Assembly: GCF_004010195.1 (NCBI RefSeq)
Contig: NC_057749.1
Span: 23,775,484 to 23,795,483, forward strand
Source: Chiloscyllium plagiosum
Lineage: Eukaryota
Direction: 5' to 3'
Length of the DNA stretch: 20,000 nucleotides
The position numbers and the translations under genes were made by a program. The notes under the pieces are model-generated. The model was given only the letters and a program-made list of their open reading frames with translations. It made no database searches and was not told where the DNA came from. Below, one piece after another: positions 9,614 to 19,597 of this stretch (position 1 is its first letter; every line of letters begins with the position of its first letter).

Positions 9614-10928
9614 ATGCAACAATTGCCAGATATCATTTTGGAGGCTGATTGCATTATTGCCTGAACCTCCTAACCTTTGTACTTACTTACAAAGGAACTG
9701 AACCTTGAGAACCCCTTTCCTTCCTTCCCATTATAGTGTCAGCTGCTATTTCCAGTACTTATCAAAAACAGCTTAGGAATTCAGTGGTCTAGCTCTGTAT
9801 CACATTTTCACTGTTTGCTTATCTTTTGTTGAACTAGTCTCTGTAGTTTAAAAATAACTAGTTAATAGTATCCTTTATGTGAAACTGAGAAACTCAAAGA
9901 GCTTCTTTGATTCATCTTCTCGTTTGTTTTCAGAAAATAAAACAGACTGATGTGTGTTACTACAGAGACAGCATACAAATTTCCCACCGTAAAAATGTAT
10001 ATTTTTATTTAAGAAAGTTATTTTTGAGTCCGCAATATAATCAAAACAATTCCAGGCAATTATCTATGGCTGTCTTTCCCTGCCAGTTAGGTTCTGTCTT
10101 CAAAATATAAATTAAACTTCTGGTGAAAGTTGAAGAAAGAATTTGTAATTCTGGTGTACCATATCATGCTATCAACTTTCCCTATCTTACAAGTTATTCT
10201 GTTGTATAGTTGTTGTTAAGAAAACTAAAAGTAAATTATTACCTGAAAAAATAATTCCCACATCTGGCTTTCAAGGCATTGAGCTAAACAGACACAAAAA
10301 TCCCCATTGAAGAAATAAAGGCATCAAGCTGAACTCTGAGGGAATCATCCTGAGTTTTGCCGGAAGGTTCTATCCTCATGGGCTGATAGCTGTGTGAAAA
10401 CTGTAACTCCAAACTCAGGCTTTGAAGAGAAGGTGAGGCCTACAAGGTAAAATCACAGTGAAGGGTTTCAAGGAGACAACTAACTTTTCATGTATAAGAC
10501 TAATCATAATCTTGTGGAAAAAAATCATTTTAATATGTTACCGCACCTCTACAGGTTGATGAAATGGGAGCATTTCTCATACGGCAAGTTGAATGATGCA
10601 CTTGCCTCAATTTCTCTTTTTAAATGAATTTGCAGCTTTTGAAATTCCAATCAATACATTTCAAAACTGATCTATAAAATTTCAAATCAATCAAAAAATT
10701 AGGATCAATTAATTTTTAAAAGTGCAAATCCAGGACACATTGACTGACCATCTCCTGGGAATATTGAGTTTCACATGAAGGAATTCTGAGTGGAAAGTGT
10801 TGTGGAACAGAGAGACCTAGGGGTTCAGGTACATAATTCTTTAATATTTGATTCAAAGGTAGATAGTTAAGAAGGTGTTTAGCACACTTGCCTTCACTGC
10901 TCAGACCTTTGAGTACAGGAGTTGGGAT

Positions 10929-13790
10929 AAGAACAAAAAAACAAAGAAAATTACAGCACAGGAACAGGCTCTCTGCCCCCCCAAGCCTACGCCAATCCAG
11001 ATCCTCTATCTAAACCTGTAGCCTATTTTCCAAGGATCGGTATCCCTCTGCTCCCTGCCCATTCATGTATCTGTCTTGATACATCTTAAATGTCGCTTTC
11101 ATGCCTGCCTCGACCATTTCCGCTGGCAACACATTCTAGGCACCCACCATCCTTTGCGTAAAGAACTTTCCACACATATTTCCCTTAAACTTTTCCCCTC
11201 TCACCTTGAACTCATGACCCCTAGTAATTGAGTCCCTCACTCTGGGAAAAAACTTCTTGCTATCCACCCTGTCTTTACCTCTCATGATTTCGTCGACCTC
11301 AATCAGGTCCGCCCTCAACCTCCATCTTTCTAAAGAAATTAATCCTAATTTACTCAACCTCTCTTCATAGTTAGTGCCCTCCGTACCAGGCAACATCCTG
11401 GTGAACCTCCTCTGCACCCTCTCCAAAGCATCCACATCCTTTTGGTAATGTGGTGACCAGAACTGTATGCAGTATTCCAAATGTGGCCAAACCAAAGTCC
11501 TGTACAACTGTAACATGACCTGCCAACTCTTGTACTCAATACCCCGTCCGATGAAGGAAAGCATGCTGTATGCCTTCTTGGACCACACTACTGACCTACG
11601 TTGCCACCTTCAGGGAACAATGGACCTGAACATCCAGATTGCTCTGTTCATCAATTTTCCCCAGGACTTTTCCATTTACCATGTAGTTCGCTCTTAAATT
11701 GGATCTTCCAAAATGCATCACCTCACATTTGCCCGGATTGAACTCCATCTGCCATTTCTCTGCCCAACTCTCCAATCTATCTATATTCTGCTGCATTCTC
11801 TGATAGTCCCCATTCACTATCTGCTACTCCACCAATCTTAGTGTCATCTGCAAACTTGCACAGACCACCTATACCTTTCTCCAAATCATTTGTGTATATC
11901 ACAAACAATTGTGGTCCCAGCACAGATCGCAGAGGAACACCACTGGTCACAGGTCTCCATTTTGAGAAACTCCCTTCCACTACTACTCTCTGTCTCCTGT
12001 TGCCGAGCCAGTTCTCTATCCATCTAGCTAGTACACCCTGGACTTCATGCAACTTCACTTTCTCCATCAGCTTACCATGAGGAACCTTATCAAACGCCTT
12101 ACTGAAGTCCATGTATATGATATCTACAGCCCTTCACTCATCACTCTCTGGTCATAGCTACCACCCTCCATACCAGGCAACATCCTAGTGAACCTCCTCT
12201 GCACCCTCTCCAAAGCATCCACATCCTTCTGGTAATGTGGTGACCAGAACTGTACACACTTTGTCATTTCCTCAAAGAATTCTATTAAGTTGGTAAAACA
12301 TGACCTTCCCTGCACAAAACCACGCAGCCTATCACTGATAAACCCATTTTCTTCCAAATGTAAATAGATCCTATCACTCAGTATCTTCTCCAGTAGCTTC
12401 CTTACCACTGACACTGGGCTCACCAGTCTATAATTACCTGGATTATCCTTGCTACCCTTCTTAACAAGGGGATAACATTAGCAATTCCCCAGTCCTCCAG
12501 GACCTCACCCNNNNNNNNNNNNNNNNNNNNNNNNNNNNNNGCTCTGTTCATCAATTTTCCCCAGGACTTTTCCATTTACCATGTAGTTCGCTCTTAAATT
12601 GGATCTTCCAAAATGCATCACCTCACATTTGCCTGGATTGAACTCCATCTGCCATTTCTCTGCCCAACTCTCCAATCTATCTATATTCTGCTGCATTCTC
12701 TGATAGTCCCCATTCACTATTTGCTACTCCACCAATCTTAGTGTCATCTGCAAACTTGCTAATCAGACCACCTATACCTTTCTCCAAATCATTTGTGTAT
12801 ATCACAAACAATAGTGGTCCCAGCACAGATCGCAGAGGAATACCACTGGTCACAGGTCTCCATTTTGAGAAACTCCCTTCCACTACTACTCTCTGTCTCC
12901 TGTTGCCGAGCCAGTTCTCTATCCATCTAGCTAGTACACCCTGGACTTCATGCAACTTCACTTTCTCCATCAGCCTACCATGAGGAACCTTATCAAACGC
13001 CTTACTGAAGTCCATGTATATGATATCTACAGCCCCTCAATCATCACTCTCTCGTCATAGCTACCACCCTCCATACCAGGCAACATCCTAGTGAACCTCC
13101 TCTGCACCCTCTCCAAAGCATCCACATCCTTCTGGTAATGTGGTGACCAGAACTGTACACATTTTGTCATTTCCTCAAAGAATTCTATTAAATTGGTAAA
13201 ACATGACCTTCCCTGCACAAAACCACGCAGGCTATCACTGATAAACCCATTTTCTTCCAAATGTAAATAGATCCTATCACTCAGTATCTTCTCCAGTAGC
13301 TTCCTTACCACTGACACTGGGCTCACCAGTCTATAATTACCTGGATTATCCTTGCTACCCTTCTTAACAAGGGGATAACATTAGCAATTCCCCAGTCCTC
13401 CAGGACCTCACCCGTGTTCAAGGATGCTGCAAAGATATCTGTTAAAGCCTTAACTATTTCCTCTCTTGCTTCTCTGAGGAACTTGGGATAGATCCCATCT
13501 GGACCTGGGGACTTGCCCACCTTAATGGCTTTTAGAATATCCAACATTCCTCCTTCCTAATGCTGACTTGATTGAGAGTAATCAAACATCTATCCCTAAA
13601 CTCAAAATCCACCATGTCCCTCTCTTCAGTGAACACTGATGCAAAGAACTCATTAAGAATTTCACCCATTTTTTCTGACTCCACGCATATCTTTCCTCCT
13701 TTGTCCTTGAATGGGCCAACCCTTTCTCTAGTTACCCTCTTGCTCCTTATATACGAATAAAAGGTTTTGGGATTTTCCTTAACCCTGTTT
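10929..13790 (-). mobile_element. 5'-truncated CR1 LINE ORF2 (reverse transcriptase), frameshifted, with ~870 bp duplication across gap
   Basis: KENPKTFYSYI..KSPGPDGIYP..ANV.P..HGF-like LRGFVQGRSC.TNL..YMDFSKAFDKVPH..V.SG.P..SVLGP.LF..KFADDTK..WQMEFNPGKCEV..RGH..FFTQR; tail at 10929-10970. Confidence 0.95.
12511..12540. other. Assembly gap (30 N)
   Basis: Run of N. Confidence 1.
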
Positions 13791-14564
13791 GTCATATTGA
13801 GGTTGTACAGGACGTTGATGAGGCATCTTCTGGAATACTGTGCGCAGTTGTGGTCACCCCGTTATAGGAAGGATATTATTAAATTGGACACGGTTCAAAA
13901 AAGATTTATCAGGATGTTGCTGGGAATGGAGGGCCGGATAGGGTGGAACATTTTTCACTGGAAGACAGGAGGTTGAGGGGTGACCTTATAGAGGTTTATC
14001 AAATCATGAGGGGTATAGATAAGGTGAATAGCAAAGATCTTTTCCATAGGGTGGGGGAGTTCCAAACTAGGCGGCATATTTTTTAAGATGAGAGGAGAAA
14101 GATTTAAAAAGGACCCGAGGGCCAATCGTTTTTACACAGAGAGTGGTTTGTGTGTAGAATGGACTTCCAGAGGATGTGGTGGATGCAGTTACGGTTACAG
14201 CATTTAAAAGACATTTGGGATAAGTTCATGAATAGGAAAGGATTGCAGGAATATGTGCCAAATGCAGGAGGTGGGATTAGTTTAGTTTGGGAACATGGTT
14301 TGGTGTGGGCTGGTTGGATCGAAGGGTCTGTTTCCGTGCTGTATGGCTCTATAACTCTCTGATTGTATTAGCAGTGCAAATCCGGGACATGGTGACTGAC
14401 CAACTCCTGGGAATATCGAGTGTGCAATTGGGACCACTCTAGAGTCCGACTGAGCTGATTCTCCCTGGGCCTCACATTTGAGTGGGCTTTTATCTGGAGC
14501 TGCACCACGTGTTGCAATTTTTCCAACGTCATTAAAATAACAAGCTAAGGTCCCGAGAATGCCT

Positions 14565-14778
14565 GATGACTTGGAGATGCCGGTGTTGGACTGGGGTGTA
14601 CAAAGTTAAAAATCACACAACACCAGGTTATAATCTGACAGGTTTAATTGGAAGCACTAGCTTTCGGAGCAACGCTCCTTCATCAGGTGGTTGCTGATGA
14701 AGGAGCAGCGCTCTGAAAGCTAGTGCTTCCAATTAAACCTGTTGGACTATAACCTGATGTTGTGTGATTTGTAACCTT
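14565..14778. mobile_element. Fold-back hammerhead family B element (Penelope-like derived)
   Basis: Arms at ~14603-14686 and 14694-14778 are reverse complements around a 7-nt loop (gtggttg). The left arm is ~38 nt longer. Each arm starts with CTGATGAAGGAGC-N3-GCTC(C/T)GAAAGCTA. Confidence 0.85.
14652..14693 (-). ncRNA. Minimal type I hammerhead ribozyme, intact core (predicted)
   Basis: Minus strand: caacCAC-CUGAUGA-A-GGAGC-guu-GCUCC-GAAA-GC-UA-GUGcuu. Stem I is CAC/GUG, stem II is 5 bp, and stem III is the palindromic AGCU. Predicted cleavage after A at 14658. Confidence 0.7.
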
Positions 14779-15087
14779 ATTCTGATGTATGAGATGTGCA
14801 AAGTGGTCTGGCAGCAGTATTGAGATGTAAGGTGTCGGTGTGCTCCATAGTACAGTATTAAACTGTATTACAAGTGAGACCGAGCTGTGCCCTGGTGATG
14901 TGGTGACGCTGGTGCTTTTCCAATATCAGCATCTGTGGAAAGAGGGTTCAAGTGGTTGCTGCCCGTTCACAGGGTCCAGGGGTCTTGAGGCACAATGGCC
15001 AAGGTGGATGCCCAGAGAAAATGCCAGCGAGGACTTCCAGTTTCTTTTCCTGTGATGAGCTTAACTGGGGTAAAGGCTGCAGAGAAT

Positions 15088-15153
15088 GAGAGAGAGAGAG
15101 AGAGAATATGTGTGTGTCTGTGTTCCTGTGTATGTTTATATGCGTGTGTGTGT
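15088..15153 (+). repeat. (GA)n followed by degenerate (GT)n microsatellite
   Basis: gagagagagagagagaga...tgtgtgtgtctgtg...gtgtgtgtgt. Confidence 0.9.
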
Positions 15154-15210
15154 CTCCGTGGGTATGTTTGAGGGGTGGTGGGTCCCTGCCCAGCAGCCAC
15201 AACTCATCTT

Positions 15211-15517
15211 TTAGATTACATTACAGTGTGGAAACAGGCCCTTCGGCCCAACAAGTCCACACCAACCCGCCGAAGCGCAACCCACCCATACCCCTACATT
15301 TACCCCTTACCTAACACTACGGCAATTTAGCATGGCCAATTCACCTGACCTGCACATCTTTGGACTGTGGGAGGAAACCGGAGCACCCGGAGGAAACCCA
15401 CGCAGCCACGGGGAGAACGTGCAAACTCCACACAGTCAGTCGCCTGAGGCGGGAATTGAACCCGGGTCTCTGGCGCTGTGAGGCAGCAGTGCTAACCACT
15501 GTGCCACCGTGCCGCCC
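15211..15517 (-). mobile_element. HE1-type V-SINE, young short subfamily
   Basis: Reverse complement starts gggcggcacggtggcacagtggttagcactgctgcctcacagcgccagagacccgggttcaattccc. CpGs are largely retained; tail (tgtaa)tgtaatctaa. Confidence 0.92.
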
Positions 15518-15930
15518 GTCCCGATTAAATCTTCCTTCCCCAGCTCCAAACTCACCTCCATGGTGGGCATTAAACTTTGCCCAGTAGCTACTGTCTTGGA
15601 TGCAGGAACTTTCTGCTCACCCTGATAAATGTGAAGTGTGTGACCCATTAAACAGAGGCACTGGAGTAGTCGACAACAAGGTGGCGATGTAGAGCTGGGT
15701 GATCATCACCAGGAGTATGGAAACTGATGTTGGTGTTTTCAGAGCATGTCGTTGAGGGACAGCAGGTTGACGGAGATGTGCTGCCACTGAAGGTGGTCTT
15801 GAATTATGTATAGCTTCTTAAGGGGCTCCAAAAGAAACAGCGCAGGATCAGCAAGAGTAGATATTGCAAATGCTTAGATAACGCAGTTGGCGGCTTCCTG
15901 TTACTGTCCAGTTAAGCTAAAATGCATTTA

Positions 15931-16360
15931 CTTGTTCAGCTATACCCTGGCAAGCTTCACTTTATAAACATACTGTGACAAAGTTTCCATGTACAGTTAT
16001 ACAGTGAAAAACGTCCTTACACAGTTATCCCCGTCAAACGTCCTTGTACAGATAGACTCTGACAAACTTTCTTCTGCAGTTAAACTCTGTCAAACCTTCT
16101 TGTTCACCAAGTAATTTATAATCAACCCATTCAGAGATATTATTTCACACCTCTGGAGCAAGTGGGAGAGGGGTGTGGTGGGGTGGGGTGAAGTACTTCA
16201 ACTGTGCCATCCTTGCTCAGAGGGAGGGACACTACCACTGCAGCACAAGCACCCTCCTTGTTCAATTGTAGCCTGACAAACTGCCTTATATAGTTATTCC
16301 CTAACAAACACTTTGTTCAGTTATATCCTGACAAACAGCCTTGTTCAGTTATACCCTGAG
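15931..16360 (+). repeat. Degenerate ~28-bp minisatellite (~10 units), interrupted at ~16107-16256
   Basis: Units such as cttgttcagctataccctggcaagcttca, cttgtacagatagactctgacaaacttt and tttgttcagttatatcctgacaaacagc. Confidence 0.8.
16120..16255 (-). mobile_element. tRNA-derived SINE head (same family as 7376-7744)
   Basis: 'cccattcagagat..acacctctggagcaagtggga...ggacactaccactgcagcacaagcaccc', with a G-rich insert. Confidence 0.6.
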
Positions 16361-17497
16361 ATCTCACCAGGAAGGATCCCAATGAAGTTGGAATGGAGAA
16401 ACATTTGTGGAATTCAAGAATATTCTCATTTACCTTCAATTTAAGCTTGCAATTTGACTTCCCAAAACTGAGTGTGTTTTTGCTGAACCTCTCTGCTCAG
16501 GTTTACTAAATTTCTATCTATTCACTTCTTTCCTCAACCTCATCCTCATCACATGAGAGTAGTCTCTTTCCCTCTGACTGGGTATAAATCTCTACATTTT
16601 CTGCTCCTCATTTTTTTTTAACTTTCTTCAAGATATTGCAGCAAGCTTCCTTCCAATTCCTCCCCAGATTCCCAACTTGATCCCAATGGGATAAAATCTT
16701 GATGCATGGAGTGGAAATTAGCTACAGGATGAAACCACCTTGCTGTCTCTCCTGGTTTTAGACAATCTGAGTAGTTTGCAGAGGCTACTAGAAAGAACTT
16801 TTTTTTAGAAAGAACTATCCTTTTTACAATTCAGTATCACAACCTCTCTCTTTAAGTTTAAAGACTGGTACTGGACCCACATGGGAATTTCTTTTCCCAA
16901 GTTATACATGTGAATATTAATTTTAAACAGTTCTATAAAACTAATAGTCTGCAAACTATTTATATCAACAAGAGACTTATCCACCAGCAAAATTTATTCA
17001 AAATCTGACTGGATGATTTTTCGTCCATTTTTGGTCTTGTAAATGTTTCCTGAACAGCATTGCTTATTTGTCAAATCAGGTCATGGTGACTTTCTGATCA
17101 TGGGCAGGACTGTTTTATGAGTTACTATATCCTAACCTAAGATGATTACTTTGATTTAATGCAGTGCAAGTAATTGTCACGTCAGGATGTGTGCAGGTTT
17201 TGTTCTGATGATTTTCAAATCCCCAACCTGTGATGACTTGAGAATATCTCATTCTCTTTCAGAATGTTCATCCAATTATCATTTATCTCTGAAGCTCTCT
17301 GTGTTCACAGTGTGGATCTTTACAGTTTCAATTAATATGGCAAACTGGTGAAATTTGAAATTGCTATTCTTAATTTAAATATGTTCTTCTGATGGCTATA
17401 AATTCAGATACATGTGAAACATATGTAGAGCTATATAGAAAATGAAGTATGTATTCAGCATATATATTAATCTATAGATATGCAAATATAATAGACA

Positions 17498-18055
17498 TTT
17501 TAAAAAAAAATCACACAACACTCGGTTTTAGTCCAGCAGGTTTATTAGCAAGTACAGTAGCGCCTCGACATACGAACGACCCCGTTCACGTACAAATCGA
17601 TTTACGAAGAGGATTGTACGTAACATTTTGCTTCAACGCACGTACAAAATTCAAGGTACGAATGCAAAAAGCCCGTGTGTGACCACATAGTTTCATTGTT
17701 CTGCTTTGCTACACGCTTGTTGAATGCAAAAGCTCTCGGGCCCTGCGTGACCTCATTCAGTTTATCTTTGGCGCGTGTGCTGTGAACAGCCGTCCAAGCA
17801 TTCTTACGCTATCCGAACAATGGGAAAAACTGATTCAGTTCGTGAACTTTTCGGTTTGCGAACCGGGTCCCGGAACGGATTAAGTTCATAAATCGAGGCG
17901 CTACTGTGCTAGCTTTCAGAACACTGATCAGCTACCTGATGAAGGAGCAGCGCTTCAAAAGTTAGTACCTCCAATTAAACCTATTGGACTATAACCGGGT
18001 GTTATATGTTTTTTAACTATGTGCACCCCAGTCCAACACTGGCACCTCCACATCA
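17498..18055. mobile_element. Fold-back hammerhead family B element, interrupted by a MITE
   Basis: Left arm aaaaatcacacaacac..gtttattagcaagta|..|gctagctttc. Right arm CTGATGAAGGAGCAGCGCTTCAAAAGTTA...ccccagtccaacactggcacctccacatcat, homologous to 14565-14778. Confidence 0.85.
17555..17906. mobile_element. Tc1/mariner-Tigger(pogo)-like MITE, 352 bp
   Basis: Perfect 14-bp TIRs CAGTAGCGCCTCGA / TCGAGGCGCTACTG that extend imperfectly to ~23 bp. Flanked by TA (left) and TG (right, probably a mutated TA TSD). CpG-rich interior, no transposase. Confidence 0.85.
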
Positions 18056-18111
18056 TAATTGACATCTGCATGGGTGGGTAGCAATCTGTATGTATATTAA
18101 AAATGAGAATT

Positions 18112-18280
18112 CATTACAACATTTTAAGCCATCTGATGGGTGTGTGAATAGGAAGAGCGATATGGTTTTAGAGGGATATGAGCCAAATGCTAGCAAATGG
18201 GACTACCTCAATTTAGGATGTCTCGTCGGCATGGACGAGTTGGACTGAAGGGTCTGTTTCCGTGCTGTACATCTCTATGT
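18112..18280 (+). mobile_element. CR1 3' end fragment
   Basis: 'gagggatatgagccaaatgc...ggcatggacgagttggactgaagggtctgtttccgtgctgtacatctctatg'. Confidence 0.85.
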
Positions 18281-18859
18281 TGAGTTCTGTGTGGTAGCCT
18301 TGGCTCCTATCTTTCGATGTAACACCCCACCACAGTGTAACCATTACTTCGCCGTTTGAAAAGAATGGCATTCAGTTCTCAAAACACTGTGGGTATCTCG
18401 CAGGGAGGAGAAAATCCCGTTGCGTGGGGAAAACAAGCCGCTGCTCATTTCAAAATAACAGGTGATGTCGATGGATAGGAATTTCTGTGGTGATGGTGCT
18501 CTCCCTGTTAAAACCTCGACAATGCAATCCGCACAGAGGGCAATCAGTGTGACAGGGAGGATGCAGGGCGTGAAAGCGTTTGCAAGATGCAGAGACCTTC
18601 TTTAGATGTCAATGGGTCGACATAAAAATTAAACACGCACGCACACACTCCCACCCAAGTGAAGCCCAATCTCTGCCTGAGTGTATGGTCATGCAGTGAG
18701 AGGGGGGGGGTTGGAGTTGGATAAGGTAATGCAGAAGGAGCCTCAATGCAGGAACACAGGAGCTGCTGCTGCTCTCCGGCTCCCATTCCCATTCTGCAGC
18801 CGCAGCTTGAAGACACTATTTTCCCCCCACCCCCAGGAGCTCGTCCAACTAATTTAGGA

Positions 18860-19560
18860 TTTGGGAAGGTGACCTTTCACCGCCAAAATCTCTAGTCCCG
18901 GAATGATGACGCTTTTCCGGCCATAGTGCTGGTTGAAATCTTTGTGTTTTTTACATATATTCCACTCCCCCCCCGGACCACATTCTGGAGGCTGGTTGCA
19001 AACGGGAGAGTCAGTTGTTGGGGAAATGCTATCACACGCGATGTCTGCCTAGGAATGCTACAGGTAAACCTTTCCGTTTCTGCTTCGTCAAGTCAGTCAG
19101 TCTGCAGCATAGCTCCAGCCTGCTAGATCCTGGGCTAGTCTCTGTGTGTTCCCCTATACCATTTTCCTGGCAGTTTCATTTTGTGTCCCTTTGGCTGTTG
19201 GGGAGAGAATGTATTGAAGGCAAATGTGTGCAGGTTGACAGATTGAAACGCGGGGAAAGAAGGAGAGAGAGAGAGAGAGATTGCATTGATATGTATGGAA
19301 TTGAGATGAATTTCAGATCCCAGTCATGGATTGTATGGTAGGTTAGGATTTGTAATAGCATTCAGAAATGAAATGGAAAATCTCGCATCTTAGTGAGAAA
19401 TGCGAAGCAGAGAGAGTGGATGTGGGGTGATCTGTGTGTGGGTGTGTGTCTGTGCTAAGTGCGGTTCCCCAGCCTCTCTGTTTCGCTCCCGATGTTAATT
19501 TCTCAGGTTCCCTCTGCCAGTGCCTATGGGTTACAGGAGGTTTCGAGCCGCCATATTTCC
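18860..19560. promoter_or_regulatory. Candidate promoter-like unique region
   Basis: No recognisable TE and somewhat raised CpG. Clustered motifs: E2F-like CCGCCAAAA (18880-18888), ETS-like CCGGAA (18898) and TTCCGG (18915), CRE half-site TGACG (18907), YY1 CCGCCATATT (19548-19557). Motifs only. Confidence 0.3.
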
Positions 19561-19597
19561 CTGTGTATCTTCCCCGTAAATTAGTAGGGACCATCCC

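Larger units (their letters stand above)
10790..14360 (+). mobile_element. 5'-truncated CR1 (host element), split at 10928/13791 by a second CR1
   Basis: ...FEYRSWD (ends 10928) joins exactly to VILRLYRTLMRHLLEYCAQLWSP (starts 13791). The tail 'gaagggtctgtttccgtgctgtatggctctata' lies at ~14321-14353. Confidence 0.85.

Noticed and set aside
9934..9988. Plus-strand micro-exon after tttgttttcAG
   Set aside because: The acceptor is plausible but the donor (CC|GTAAAA) is weak and the peptide is unrecognisable.
11136..13795. Functional reverse transcriptase gene (or retron-like system)
   Set aside because: Fragmented by frameshifts and stops and 5'-truncated; an ordinary dead CR1 ORF2.
15440..15517. 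tRNA gene
   Set aside because: A/B boxes are present, but the sequence continues directly into the V-domain; it is a SINE head.
15931..16360. CRISPR-like array (~28-bp repeats)
   Set aside because: Units are contiguous and degenerate with no unique spacers, the context is vertebrate, and there are no cas genes.
19532..19555. Minus-strand start codon in aaatATGGCGGC context
   Set aside because: The frame stops after 7 codons (MAARNLL*); kept only as a YY1-type motif.
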